From the human T2T-CHM13v2.0 reference genome, Homo sapiens: a DNA stretch of 64,000 nt. This document shows, piece after piece, positions 1 through 13,479 of the stretch. Position numbers and translations under genes: made by a program. The number at the start of each line of letters is the position of its first letter. The stretch's first letter is position 1. Where the stretch lies: assembly GCA_009914755.4 (NCBI GenBank), contig CP068257.2:30528001-30592000 (forward strand). Direction: 5' to 3'. A model generated the notes under the pieces. That model was given only the letters and a program-made list of their open reading frames with translations. It was not told the DNA's origin and ran no database searches.

Positions 1-152
1 GAAACACATTATAGAATTTAAAAATTTTTAAACTTTTTGCATTGAAAAAAAGTCAATATTTGTAATAAAATCTTGTTTTAACCAATTGTTTAGTTTTGTA
101 TTAGTGCACTTTTTTAGTATTAAAGACCCATCTCTAGAAAGATTATTATGAT

Positions 153-454
153 TTTTTTTTTTTTCTTTTTGAGACAGAGTTTTGCTCCTGTTGCCCAGGC
201 TGGCGTTCAATGACACAGTCTCGGCTCCCCACAACCACCGCCTCCTGAGTTCAAGTGATTCTCCTGCCTCAGCCTCCCGAGTAGCTGGGATTACAGGCAT
301 GCACCACCATGCCCCGCTAATTTTTGTATTTTGAGTAGAGACGGGGTTTCTCCTTGTTGGTCAGGCTGTTCTCGAACTCCTGACCTCAGGTGATCTGCCT
401 GCCTTGGCCTCTCAAAGGGCTAGAATTACAGGCATGAGCCACCACACCCGGCCT
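153..454 (-). mobile_element. Alu SINE (full length, antisense)
   Basis: Poly-T run at 153-172 followed by the reverse complement of the Alu body (gagacagagttttgctc...cccaggctgg...ggcatgagccaccacacccggcc). The overlapping ORF 28..300 is Alu-derived. Confidence 0.9.
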
Positions 455-1235
455 GATTTCTTTTTAATTATAGCCAATACCAGCTGAATTATACAACACC
501 CTTAAAAATTTATTTTACTAACCTTATTATGACTTACCTAGACCTTTAACAATGGTTAGACTTTCTGTTTTATCCTAAATATCTCTCTTCCTTGAACAAC
601 CCAGTTATTTTATTTTAGGGCAAAAATTCACCACACAAGATTCTTTCTTATATAAAATCACTTTCCTTTTTACTTTCTTTACCAAAAATACCTCCTTATA
701 TCTTTAACTTTTTTCATCTTTTATTTCCTGATTTCTTTACCTTGTTTTATACATAACCCTTAAATAAGGTTTGAATTGGACAAAGATATTGTACCTCTAA
801 TAAGAATGTTAAAAAAATGTTTTCCTACAATTCTTAAATTGGAAATTACCCAGATACTTAATATCAAATAATAACCTTAGGTCCTAAATTATGACAACTT
901 TGTTTACAAGCATTTATTCCATTACATTTACCTCATTAATTTTGTAGTTTGCCTAGATTGTTTACTAAAACTGTGAGAGCCAATATTTAAAGTTATTTTT
1001 CTATTAACCATTTTTATAGCTGTGAATTTCAGGTATTTACTTTAGTAATAAAACTTATGGTTAGTTTTAAAAGTATTTATACCAATAACTCAGTATTTAG
1101 CTGTTGTCATTTAAGCCAACAATATTTCATAAGCATATACAGGCAAAAATCATTTTGTCTTGGTCTGTGTTTTATAGTTTATAACCCTTATGGCAAAAAT
1201 TATAGTATTCAAGAGTCAAACTCTATAAAATATTT

Positions 1236-1470
1236 GAAGAGATTTATTGTGAGCCAAATATGAATGACCATGACCTGTGACACAGCCCTCAGCGGGGCCT
1301 GAGAACATGTACCCAATGTGGTTGGGCTACAGCTTGGTTTTATGTATTTTAGGAAGGTGTGAGACATCAATCAAATACATTTAAGAAATACATTGGTTTG
1401 GTTTGGAAAGGTGGGACAACTCAAAGTGGGGGCTTCCAGGCTATAGGGAAATTTAAACATTATCTGGTTG
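1236..1470 (+). repeat. Unidentified interspersed repeat, copy A (diverged copy of 2086-2310)
   Basis: Aligns at about 75% identity with 2086-2310. Shared blocks include tgtgacacag...acatgt...ttggttttat.tattttagg.agg..tgagacatcaatcaa...acattggtttggt..ggaaaggtgggacaactc.aag. Confidence 0.5.
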
Positions 1471-1966
1471 ACAATTGGTTGAGGTTATCTGAAGACCTAG
1501 TCAACAGAAAGGAATGCTCAGGTGAAAGAAAAGATTGTGGAGACCAAGTTTTATTGTGCAGAGGAAGCTCTTAGGTAGCAGACTTTAGAGAGAGCAGGTG
1601 GTAAATTGTTTTATATCAGACTTAAAAGGGTGCCTGACTCTTAGTTGATTATCTCCTGGATCTGAGAAGGAAGGAAGGAAAACCAAGGGGAAAGGGGATT
1701 CTCTATAGAATGTGGATTTTTCTCACCAGAGACTTTGCAGGGCAATTTCAAGGTATGGCAAGGAAATACATTTTGGGGTAAAACATTTTGATTTTCTTCC
1801 TTGTTATGCCAGAGTCAGATTGGAAAGTAAGTCATGATATACAGGGTTCAATAAAACCCATCTGATGAGAATTTATGGTTTGTAGGCCATGAGTCCCCAG
1901 ACCCCTCAGAAGGGAATTTGGGTAAGATAAAAAAATCAGAGCTTAGTCCTCAATAAACACCTCTGC

Positions 1967-2007
1967 AACACACACACACACACACATACACACACACACA
2001 CATACAC
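1967..2007. repeat. (CA)n microsatellite with CATA interruptions
   Basis: cacacacacacacacatacacacacacacacataca. Confidence 0.95.
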
Positions 2008-2085
2008 CATTTCCTCTATTATTGATATCTTACATTAGTACAGTATGTGAACCCCAAATATCTGAGACAGGTCACAGTTAATATA

Positions 2086-2612
<527 letters not shown>

Positions 2613-3114
2613 TGAGTGTCTGTCTAGCCTCTCCAAAAGAGGCAATCAGATACGCATTTATCTCAGTGAGCAGAGGGGTAATTTTAAATAGAAGAGGAGG
2701 CAGGTTTGCCCTAAGCAGTTCCCTGCATGACTTTTCCCTTTAGCTTAGTGATTTTGGGACCCCAAGATTTATTTTCATTTCACAGTACATTCATCATAAT
2801 TAACGAATCGATAGTGATACATTATTATTAAAGTTCATACTTTAGCTTGATTTCCTTCGTTTTTATCTAATATCCTCTCTTCTTCAAGAATCCCATCGAG
2901 GATACAAATTACATTTCATTGTTGTGTCTCCTTTGTCTCTTTTCGGCTGTGACCACTTCTCAGATTCTCAGGCTGTCCTTTGTTTTTGGTGACCTTGACA
3001 GTTATGAAGAGCACTGTTTGGGTATTTTATAAAATGTCCCTCATTTGAGATTTGACTGATGTTTTTCTCAAATCAGACTAGTGTTATGGGTTTTGGGGGT
3101 GACCATTTACTTAG

Positions 3115-3478
<364 letters not shown>

Positions 3479-4229
3479 TAAATAAACGTTTTTTGACTAA
3501 ATGAATATTTACCAGTAAGAAAATACATTCAGAAAGTTTAAGAAATGTGTTGAAAGATATCTTGCTCATCAGAGGCAAAACTAGGATAGAACCCAGGACT
3601 CTGACTCAGAAACTCTACTTTCCACTAGATTATATTAACCTCAAAATAATTATAGCAACAGCTTCTAGACACTGTCCTAGTTAATACAGTATATATTGTT
3701 TCTAATTCTCTCAACACCATTTCAAGGAATGCATTATTATCCTATTTTCCTGAAGCTCAGGGGTATCTGGAGCATCTTCTCCAAGGTCACATGTGAAAAA
3801 GTGGCCTGGGTTTTGAACCAACTGTGGCTGCCTCTAGAGTTTCTGCCCACACCATTACCATCGCAGCGAGCTCTCAAAGACGACCAAGTGATTCTTCCCG
3901 CCTCAAAACTCTCCAAAGCCTCACCGACACTGCCAGTGAAACTTTGCCTGCCCTACGCACCCTCACTTCCCACTTTCCCAACTGCACTTCCTACTCCAGG
4001 CATGGGAAGCCCCTGGCCACTCCCCTAATGGGCGCGCTGCGTCGAGGATCTTTGTAAGTGCTCTTGTCATGCTTAGAACACCTTTCCTCTCCCATCTCTT
4101 GCCCCTCTGTGGGAGACGGGGGATCTTATTTATATTTCACCCATCAGTTTCAACTCCCAACTCTATGAAACAAACCTCTGATCCATCCAAGTGGACTTCA
4201 TCCTCCCAACATTGTGCACCTTAGTTCAT

Positions 4230-4425
4230 AGTGCATGCCACTATTATTGTACTGATCGTATCATAGTGATATTGTTCAAGTATAGCTCTTACTCTCTAAT
4301 CAGACATGGAACTTCTCTGGGCAAGGATACTTTCCTATTCATCTTTATACCTACCATAACCTAGTAGAGTGCCTGGCATATCACCAGTGTTCAATAATGA
4401 GTGAATGAATGAACAAATAAATGAG
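4230..4425 (+). repeat. MIR/ancient-repeat tail remnant
   Basis: The sequence agtagagtgcctggcatatcaccagtgttcaataatgagtgaatgaatgaa resembles the 3' end of MIR and old LTRs (cagtgcctggcacatagtaagcgctcaataaatg). Confidence 0.4.
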
Positions 4426-5527
4426 TAAATATGGAAGAGTATATAACAATCTTCCAAGCAGGAACGTACAGCTCCCGAAAGTGAACTGAATGCTGCCTCC
4501 AGACTCCCTTCTCCTCCAAAGCCAGGGGCACATGGCCAATCACTCCAGGAGTTTTCCATCTTGCTATTAAATGCATCTTGTTGGATCCATGGACGAGTAA
4601 CACCAAGGACCTTAGAGTGAAGAATTGGCTTAATCTCAGTATCTAAGCAAGTTAATGAGCCAGAAATCCAGCAGAGCCTCTTCTGTCATTTCGCAAAGAA
4701 AACACAGGAAAAGTCCCATCATAAACTACCTTAAGGCCAAGTATCTGTTCCACAAAGACATTCTCATCAGCTCTGTATAGAAGAATCAGATGCTGGTTTA
4801 ATCCCCTTTCGCTTTTGCTGTCCCTGAGCAATTCAAAGTGGAGTGGAAACCTGGCAGTTAACCAATTAGCTTGATTGGAATAAACAGCCAAATTAGATAA
4901 TTAATGACCATGTTTGCCAAATTTCCACTTCATTTTTTGCTGGGTAGATACATCCCTGAGGCTACAGATACATTTACAAGCAAATTGCCCAATTTTCCTG
5001 CTGAATCCTCCTGTTTCATGAATCTCACATCTACCCCTTCTGGTTCTTTTCCATCACTTTAGAAAACAACTAGAGAAAGAGTCATGCTCACAACATCACA
5101 ACACTGGGAAACTAACCCTCACACCTGGTTCTTAGAAGGAGACTGGTGTCCACATCTGGCAGGTCAACCCAGGCCAAGGTTATGACCTTGCCTTTGCTTT
5201 CTACATCAGCATCCGCAAAATGACTGCTCTGCCTGCCCTTTGACACAGGAGCCAAGAAAAGTGGGAGATCCCCTCCTACAGGTCACATACTGGATGTGAC
5301 TTGAGGAATTGGTATCCTTCCTCTCCAGATTGTTTCATCTCACTATTTGCATGACTGGGAGAAGCTACGTCTATTGCTTCCCAAAGGCTCTTTTTGGCCA
5401 CTATTGCATTGATGGAAAGTTGAGTGGCAGGACATTTCCAGATCAAAAAAAGATTTCTGGAGGTCTAAAGGAGGCAGTTTTTTGTAATGGAAGTAACATG
5501 GTGGTTGTCTTCATTTGTTTGTGTTGC

Positions 5528-5882
5528 TATAAAGGGATACCTGAGGTTAGGTAATAAGGAAAAGAGGTGTGCAAGAAACTTGGGGTCAGCATTTGTTTCT
5601 GGTGAGGCCTCAGGAAGCTTCCACTCATGGTGGAAGGTGAACAGGAACAGTCATCACATGATGAGAGAAGAGGCGAGAGAGAGGAGGTGCAAGGCTCTTT
5701 TCAACAAGCAGTACTTGTGAGAACTAAGAGTAAGAACTCATTCATTACCATGTGAGGACTGCACCAAGCCATTCTTGAGGGATCCACCCCCATGATCCAA
5801 ACACCTCCCACTAGCCCCCACCTCCAACATTAGGGTCAGATTTTAACATAAGACTTGGTGAGGCCGAGCAAACCATATCCAA
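5528..5882 (-). mobile_element. MaLR-type solo LTR (MST/THE1 class), antisense
   Basis: The + strand reads ataaagggatacctgaggttaggtaat...ccacccccatgatccaaacacctcccactagcccccacctccaacattagggt...caaaccatatcc, which is the reverse complement of a THE1/MST LTR (tgatatggtttgg...gggaggtaattgaatcatggggg...ttataaattacccagtctc). Confidence 0.75.
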
Positions 5883-6730
5883 ACCATAGCAGTGGTCAAC
5901 AAGATAAGGAGTATAAAGCATCCTGCACAGATTTTAATCAGGTGCTGGGAAGCTAGAAGATGGGGGATAAAGAGAGTTGCAGAGCCAGTATTAGCACAGT
6001 CAGTCCACCCCGTAGCTATATTCAATTACCGGCGTGAGAGTACTCAGGAATTCTCAAACCTTTCAAGAAGCACACTTTCTTTTTTCATTATTTAGAGGAT
6101 ACTTTATTAGTTTCTGTAACCAAACTCATGTAGATAAGACCTTACATATTTAATATAGTGTGTTACCCCTGTACAAATGGAAAAATATTAAGTTTAATGT
6201 TTCTAGACCAATATGGCTGTTAATTTCTGTACAACGCCAACTTAACACAGTAAACTGGGATACTTTTTCCAAAGGTCACAGCACAGCTGAAGTTTCCAAA
6301 AATTCAAATTATATATATATATTTGTATATATATTTTTATATAAAAAGACCAATAATAGCAGTATGTTATACATCAATAACAGCAACAGCTTTTCTAGGT
6401 TCTGCGGTCATCTGAACAAAATTATAGAGACATCCAGCACACTCCATTTAAAAAAAGTCAGGGGGTTGGGGAAAGGTAAAAAACAAATCCCCAGAAAATT
6501 GCAAAGTTCTGTTACTGTTATGGTACTGGCACCATTTTTTAAAATTAGCTTCTGAATCATCATCTGGAAAGAAAACATTCTAGAATAACATCCTTAAAAA
6601 TAGCTCTGATAAAGCATGGTCACTACTACATATCAATAAGCAGGTACAAGACATTTTACAATCACACAGGTATGACACAGAACTGTCCTATGCCAATAGA
6701 TAGAGGATACAATTAAAAAGGCATTACTTG

Positions 6731-7123
6731 GCCGGGCACGGTGGCTCATGCCTGTAATCCCAGCACTTTGGGAGGCTGAGGCAGGCGGATCACCTGAGGT
6801 TGGGAGTTCAAGACCAGCCTGACCAACATGGAGAAACCCTGTCTCTACTAAAAATAGAAAATTAGCTGGGCATGGTGGTGCATGCCTGTAATCCCAGCTA
6901 CTCGGGAGGCTGACGCAGGAGAATTGCTTGAACCCAGGAGGCGGTGAGCAGAGATGGCGCCACCGCACTCCAACCTGGGCAACAAGAATGAAACACATGA
7001 AGAACATAGAAGCCCAAATTGAGAGACATTCCACAAAATAATCAAAAATCCTCAAAACTCAATGTCATGAGTACTAAATTAATTAATTAATTAACTAAGT
7101 AACATGATCTAAAAAAAAAAAAA
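6731..7123 (+). mobile_element. Alu SINE with about 125 bp of non-Alu 3' extension before its A-tail
   Basis: The Alu body runs 6731 to about 6985 (ggccgggcacggtggctcatgcctgtaatccc...cctgggcaacaagaatgaaac). It is followed by unrelated sequence, then A13 at 7111-7123, then the TSD. aaaaggcattacttg lies at 6716-6730 and ggcattatttg at 7124-7134. Confidence 0.8.
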
Positions 7124-7259
7124 GGCATTATTTGAGACTTGATTCTACTTTTCCAGCAGAGGGCCCAAAGGATGGCATGACACAGCTCTGTAAAGAAAGG
7201 CACTTTCTTAGGATTTCCTTTAATTAGTGACACAGTTCTAGGTCTCACTGTTCTTCATG

Positions 7260-7335
7260 AACACCAGCTAAAAACTGGTTTAAAAAAAAAAGGAAAGAAA
7301 AGGGAAAGGAAAAAAAAGAAAAGAAAAAAACCCCA
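7260..7335. repeat. A/GA-rich low-complexity tract
   Basis: aaaaaaaaaggaaagaaaagggaaaggaaaaaaaagaaaagaaaaaaacccc. Confidence 0.8.
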
Positions 7336-8719
7336 AAACCATGGGATTCATACAAAGATGACTGAGTGGGGGCAAGAAAGACTCAGCCTAACTAGTATTT
7401 TACCAAATCTGACACGTTTGAATGATGAGAGCTCCATGGAAGAAAGGAGATGCTAAGAGGTGAATAAGCACACTTTTAATGGTCACATGTCTACATTACA
7501 CTGGGCCCTTGTTGGGATTTTTTGCATTAAAAAATATCTTTTTAGTGTCTACCTACTTCATGCTAACTGCTATTCTACAGACACAATGATAAACAAGACC
7601 AATAACTTACAATCTAGTGAACAGGCATTATCACCTTCTCACTCCTGCAAAGCTGATATTAAAACCCCATCTTGGTCATCCCTGAGCACTCCAAGGTCTA
7701 CAAAGCAGGTAGAGATGCTAGGACGGGAACTAAATGCAGAAAACAGATCAGAGTTGCCAGGGGGTGAGGGGCAGGGTGGACAACTACAAAAGAGACGCAC
7801 AGGACAATTTTTAGCTGAATGTAGTGTTCTACATGTACTATGGTGATGGATACATGCTTCTGTGCATTTTCAAATGCCATTGCAATGTATCTCACAAAGA
7901 ATGAAGTTCAATGTAGGCAAAAATGTTAAAAATCAACCAGGAGGTCATGGAATCTCAGGAGGTAATGCAGACAGTGATAAATTGTATTACAAATGTATCA
8001 CATAATCCAGTTAGCAGCAAGCACACCAACACCAGATATTGGCTTCTAAATACCATTCTCTGACAAAAGAAACCAGAGCACTGGAGAAATGTTTGATTCT
8101 AGGGCTGGGACAGGGAAAATGCAAAATGAGCCTGGAGTATTGTGTAGTATCAAGAAAGGAAGTGCTCAAAAAACAGAAGGATGGAGGCAGGTCAAAAGGA
8201 CATGACAGCCAAACTGAAAGAGTTCCCAGTGGCCAAAGCTGGAACAAATTGAGTACTAAATTAATTAATTAATTAACTAAGTAACATGATGCTAAATTGC
8301 AATCCAAAGCATAAAATAATTATACATGAGTCCATACTGATATAAATTTATTCATATAATTAAATAAATATGTAAATAAGGGAGAAAAGATATAGCTTTC
8401 TTAAAAAAGAATTCGAAATAATTATGTAGATACTCCCCTTCGAGAGATGGAGTCTAGTGCTACCTCCCTGTGCTTGAACCTGGGTGGATCTTTATGACTT
8501 GCTTCCAAAGAAGAGAATATGGAAGGGAGAAAGGGTAACTTTACAGTGGAGAAAACTTCCAATTACTACCTTGACTGAGTGATCAAGGAGAGGCAAGGGC
8601 TGAAAAACTACCTGTTGGTTAGTAGTTCACTATTTGGATGATGGGCTCGAGAGTAATTCAAACCTCAGCATGATATAATGCTTAGCATTTACTACCATGT
8701 AATAAACCTGCACATTTAT

Positions 8720-10620
8720 CCCCTGAATCTAAAAGAAAAAAAATTTAAAGAAATTTCCAAGTTCTCAAACTGAGCTTAATGAAGACCACAAATTAGTCTT
8801 GACTTTTCTCAATCCCTGACTGTATTGAGATGTTCTTCTCTTCTGTTGTCTGCCAGAGTATAGGGTGAATCTTCTCTGGAGGTAGATAATATGATCCAGA
8901 GCTCTATAATTTATTATGTACAACATCCAGCCTTCAATTGAAAATTATCAGACATACCAAAAAACAGGACCAAAAGAACAACTAGAGAATAGACTTACAG
9001 GTTCCCATATGCTGAAATTATCTGATATAGATTTTAAAATAACTGTAATTAATATGTTGAGAAACTAGATTACCAGATGAAGTTTTCACCCAGATAATTG
9101 GAATTTATTTTTTAAACACAATGGAAATTATAAAACTAGAAATTACAAAACTGAAATTAAAAACATAACATGAGGTTAATAGTAGATTAAACATAGCAAA
9201 AATGAAGATTGGTGAGCTGCAAGATAGGTCAGCAGAAAATATCCTTACTGGGGCATAGAGAGCAAAATGAATAAAAAAACCAAAAACAGCATAAGAGACA
9301 TGTACCACACAGTGAAAGACTTAACATCCATGTAATTGTAACAATATATGCAGAAATAATGGTCAAGGATTTTTCCAAATGAATTAAAGACATCAAACCA
9401 CAGATTCAAAAAGTATTACAAACTCTAAGCAAAGCAAGCAAAGAAAATCATACCTTCTCACATAATATTAAACTGTCAGAAGCCAAAGACAAGGAAAAAA
9501 GTCTGTTTAACTGCCTGAGAAAAATATATGTATTATTTTCCAAGGAGAAAACATAAGACTGACATCTCAGCAAAAATAATGGATACAGAAGACAATAGGA
9601 CGTTGTTATGGACTGAACGATTGTGTCCCCCCAAAATTCTCATGGTGAAGCCCTAGTTCCCAATGAATGATGTTTGGAGGTGGGGTCTTTGGGAGGTAAT
9701 TAGGTCATGAAAGTGGAGCCCTCACAAATGGCCCTCATATATATCTCTTATGCTTCCCTTATATGAAGAGATGTAATAGAGATGATCAATCTCTCTCTAC
9801 CACATGAGGAGACAGCAAAAAAGGCAGCCATCTGCAAGCGAAAAAGAGGGCTCCAACCAGGAACCACATTGGCTTGCATCTTGATCTCATACTTGCTGGC
9901 CTTCAGAACTATGAGAATTAAATGTCTGTTGTTTAAGCCACTCAGTTTGTGATATTCTGTTATCCCAGCCCAAGCAGACAAAAACATATGTCATCTTCAA
10001 AGTACTAAAAGAAAATAAATGTCAACAGAGAAATCTACATCCAGAAATAACATCCAATAAAAATGAGAAAGAAATGAAGGAGTTTTTCTAATGTCTACCA
10101 GGAGACTTATGTTAAAAATGGACTTATTTAGACAGACAGAAATGTATGAAGGAATTAAAGGGAACAGGAATGGTAAATATATTGCTGAAACTAAATTTTA
10201 TATTGACTAGATGAAATAATAATAATATGTGGTACAGTTTCTTATATTGTAAAATAAAAATGCATTGTAAAGGGTAGAAAAGAGGGAAATCAAGTCAAAG
10301 TGTTGTAAGGCCCTAGCATTAATCTGGGAAGGGCAAAGGTACTAATTAATAGTAGTCTTTAAAATGACAGTTGTGATATTTAAAGTGATCACTGAAAGAG
10401 TAGTAAAAAAATATGCATGTAACTAATAAGCTAGCATTGGGAAAAACACTAAAACACAATCTTTTTAAAGCATAAAATGAGGAAAAAAGGAAAATAAGAA
10501 ATAAGCAGCAAACAGAGTATAACTAGTAGGATGATGGATATGTACCTGAATATGTCAGTAATTTAATCAGTGTAAACAATCTACATACTTCAATTAAAAA
10601 TCAAAGATTGGTAAGGCACT
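8720..10620 (+). mobile_element. Old L1 (L1M class): ORF1, inter-ORF and start of ORF2, split by the LTR at 9605-9984
   Basis: L1M ORF1-like sequence (aatggtcaaggatttttccaaatgaattaaagacatcaaaccacagattcaaaaag...) and the inter-ORF region (gggtagaaaagagggaaatcaagtcaaagtgttgtaaggccctag...). The ORF2 start motif is near 10590. Confidence 0.7.
9605..9984 (+). mobile_element. MaLR-type solo LTR inserted in the L1M
   Basis: atggactgaacgattgtgtccccccaaaattctcatggtgaagccc...ggaggtggggtctttgggaggtaattagg...tgtttaagccactcagtttgtgatattctgttatcccagcc. Same family as 29499-29903. Confidence 0.7.
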
Positions 10621-13110
10621 TCTGGATTGATGGGGCCCTCCAAAATTCCACTCCTCCATAAAAGCGCAGAGAACAACAGAAGCAGAATTGGTCAAAATCA
10701 CCTATGTCAGAACTCTGGAAATTAACCAAAGGCTAACCAATATGAGGTGCATTTATTCAAGAAAAATAGCTGAATCTTAGTAAGGATAACAATCTTTGTG
10801 GTTTTTTAACTTGCCCTGGTCCCACCCCCACCCCTACCTTTCAGCTTAAAAACCAGCAGCCTCACAAGCACGGCAGCTGTGAAGAACAGCAGTCTAGCAG
10901 CCACTGGAAGGGGCATAACAGATTTGAAACCCTCTAAAAAAACTCATTCCCAGAGAGTTGTCACTATATGGCCCTTCTAGCAACTCCCTGGAAAAGCCCC
11001 ATTCATAAAGCCCCTCTTTATTTGACCTGACTCAGAGCTCACTCAGTGGGCATTTGTCAAAATCATCAGTGCCAATTAATTAACATCACAGCTGCCTCAA
11101 GTGGCAAAACTAGTTGGGCCAAATGAGAGGCTGGCAGAAAACTCAAAAGGAAAATATGGAAAACGAGATGTCCATAGGGAACTTTGAAAAATCTAAAAGG
11201 CCATGAGCATGGCTAGGATTTCATGCATGCCCAGGAAATATCTGAGAAAACCCTAATCTCTTACCGGTGTCTAACCTTGAGGCTTTGTACAAGCAGGAAA
11301 TGAAGGCAAAGGCAGAATTGTAAGCCACTGAACACTGAAGATATACCCCGACACACACACACAGAGCCCCTCAACTTAAAATGAGAGCTATACTGGTTCA
11401 AGGCATTTGAGGAAACCTCTGTCTAATAATCATATGAACATTAAGTTAGTCAAGTAGAAGCTTTAGTGGCCACACACAACAAAGAATAAAACTTCACGGA
11501 ATAAGCCCAGGAAAGTCACTAGAAAAACAAACAACAACAACAATAAAAAACAACAACAAAACTTGAAGAGCAAGGAAGAATCTGACTTCCAGAGTGGCTG
11601 CATTCTATTATTTTTAATGTCCAGTATTCACAAAAAAGTATAAGATATGAAAATAAATAGGAAAATATAGCCTATATATAGGAAAAACAGTCAACAGAAA
11701 CTATCCCTGAATAAGCCCAGATATTGAACTTGCTAGACAAATACTTTAAACAAACTATTATAAATATGTTCAAAGAACTAAAAGAAACTGTATCCAAAGA
11801 CTTAGAGAAACATCTCACCAAAAAGAAAATTACTGGGTATATACCCAAAGAAAAACAAACTATTCTACCAAAAAGACACCTACACTCATATTTTTATCAC
11901 AGCACTATTCAAATAGAAAACACATGGAATCAACCTAGGTGCTCATCACTGATGGATTAGATAAAGAAAATGTGGTACTTTGGAATACTACAGAAAATCC
12001 CCATTCATAAGGCCCTTCTTTATTTGACCAGACTGAGAGCCCACTCAGTGGGCATTTGTAAAACACCATCAGTGCCAATTAATTAACATCACAGCTGCTT
12101 GTGATGTTATATTTATATAGAAAATATAAGAAATGGAAATTCTGGAGTAGAAAAGTAGAATAACTAAATTGAAAATTTCAGTAGAGGGGCTGAATAGAAG
12201 ATTTGAGATGGCAGAAGAAAAAAATAGAAAGACTGAAGATATATCCATTGGAAGGACATAAGGAATAGAAAGGGGAAAAAATTAAGAAAAACTAACATAG
12301 CCTCATAGACTTGTAGGACAACATCAAGCCTACCAACATACACATAATGTGAGTCCCAAAAGGAATATAGGTTATTCTATATTATAGAATAGATATAGAA
12401 TAATGTCAATAAAATACTAGTGAACGAAATCAAGCAGCATATAAAAGGATTATACATCAAGACCAAGTGGGATTCATCCCAGGAATGTAAGGTTAGTTTA
12501 ATACCCAAAAATCAATCAACATAATATACAATATTCATAGAATAAAGCTGAGGGGGGAAACATATGATCATCTCAATAGATACAGAAAAAGCATTCGACA
12601 AAATCCAACATCTTTTTATAATAAAACACCCTACAAACTAAGAATAGAAAGAAACTTCTTCAGCCTGATAAAGGGCATCTAGGAAAAAACCTACAGTTAT
12701 CATTATACTTAATGACGAAAGACTGAATGCTTTCCCTTAAGGTCAGGAAGAAGACAAGGATGTCCATTCTTGCCTCTTCTATCCAACATTATACTGGAGG
12801 GTTTAGGTAGTGCCATTAGGCAAGAAAACGAAATAAAATGTGTCCAGATTGAAAAGGAAGAATTAAATATCTCCATTAGCAGATGGTATGATCTTCTGTA
12901 TAAAAAGATCCTAATGAATCTGCAAATAAAACTGTCAGAACTAATAAATGAATTCATCAAAGTTGAATTCAACAAGATAGTCTACAAGATCAATATACAA
13001 AATTCAATTGTAGTTCTATACACTGACAATAAACTGTTTGAAAAACATTTTATAAACAATTCTATCTATAATAGCACCAAAAAGAATAAAATACTTAGAA
13101 ACAAATTTAA
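10620..13110 (+). mobile_element. L1PB/L1MA-like element: 5' region, ORF1 and ORF2-RT fragments, internally rearranged
   Basis: 10620-11700 is homologous to 57680-58770 (the 5' region of another old L1). ORF1-like sequence starts near 11700. ORF 12770..13171 translates an L1 ORF2 reverse-transcriptase motif (PLLSNIILEGLGSAIRQENEIKCVQIEKEE, compare L1 [33 protein letters not shown]). A 110-bp block is duplicated at 10985-11095 and 11995-12105. Confidence 0.7.
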
Positions 13111-13117
13111 CAAAACA

Positions 13118-13478
13118 AGTACAGTTATGTTTCACTTAATGACAGGGACACATTCTGAGAAATGTCTTTAAGACAATTTCATCATTGTATGCACATCATA
13201 GAGTGTACTTACACAAACCTAGATGGTGTAGCCTGCTACACAACTAGGCTATATGGTATAGCCTATTGCTCCTAGGCTACAAACCTATATAGCACATTAC
13301 TTGACTGAATACTGTAGGCAATTTTAATACAATTATAAGTACTTGTGTATCTAACCCTCTAAACACAGAAAAGCTACAGTAAATATACAGTATTATAATC
13401 TTATGGGATCACTGTCATACATCCAGTCCACAATTGACTGAAACATTGTTATACGGCACATGATTGTACAAGATTTGC
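13118..13478 (+). mobile_element. Tc1/mariner-type nonautonomous DNA element (MITE) with terminal inverted repeats, flanked by TA
   Basis: Starts TAcagttatgtttcacttaatgacagggacacattctgag and ends cggcacatgattgTA. The termini are inverted (cagttatg.../...catgattg). Internal blocks catcatagagtgtacttacacaaacctagatggt...ggctatatggtatagcctattgctcctaggctac recur at 16628 and 17880. Confidence 0.55.
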
Positions 13479-13479
13479 A

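Noticed and set aside
28-300. ORF-track entries translating Alu sequence (for example 28..300, 2331..2615, 3194..3481, 6633..7055, 15652..15930, 36100..36300, 37401..37691, 41154..41505, 45661..45984, 46344..46573, 59676..59867, 60484..60768)
   Set aside because: They give the recurrent Alu-derived peptides (…[12 protein letters not shown]…, …[11 protein letters not shown]…) seen whenever an Alu is translated. The ORFs end at the Alu boundaries.
12770-13171. 133-aa ORF with reverse-transcriptase-like motif
   Set aside because: It is a fragment of L1 ORF2 inside a rearranged old L1 (matches L1 RT [33 protein letters not shown]), not a host gene.
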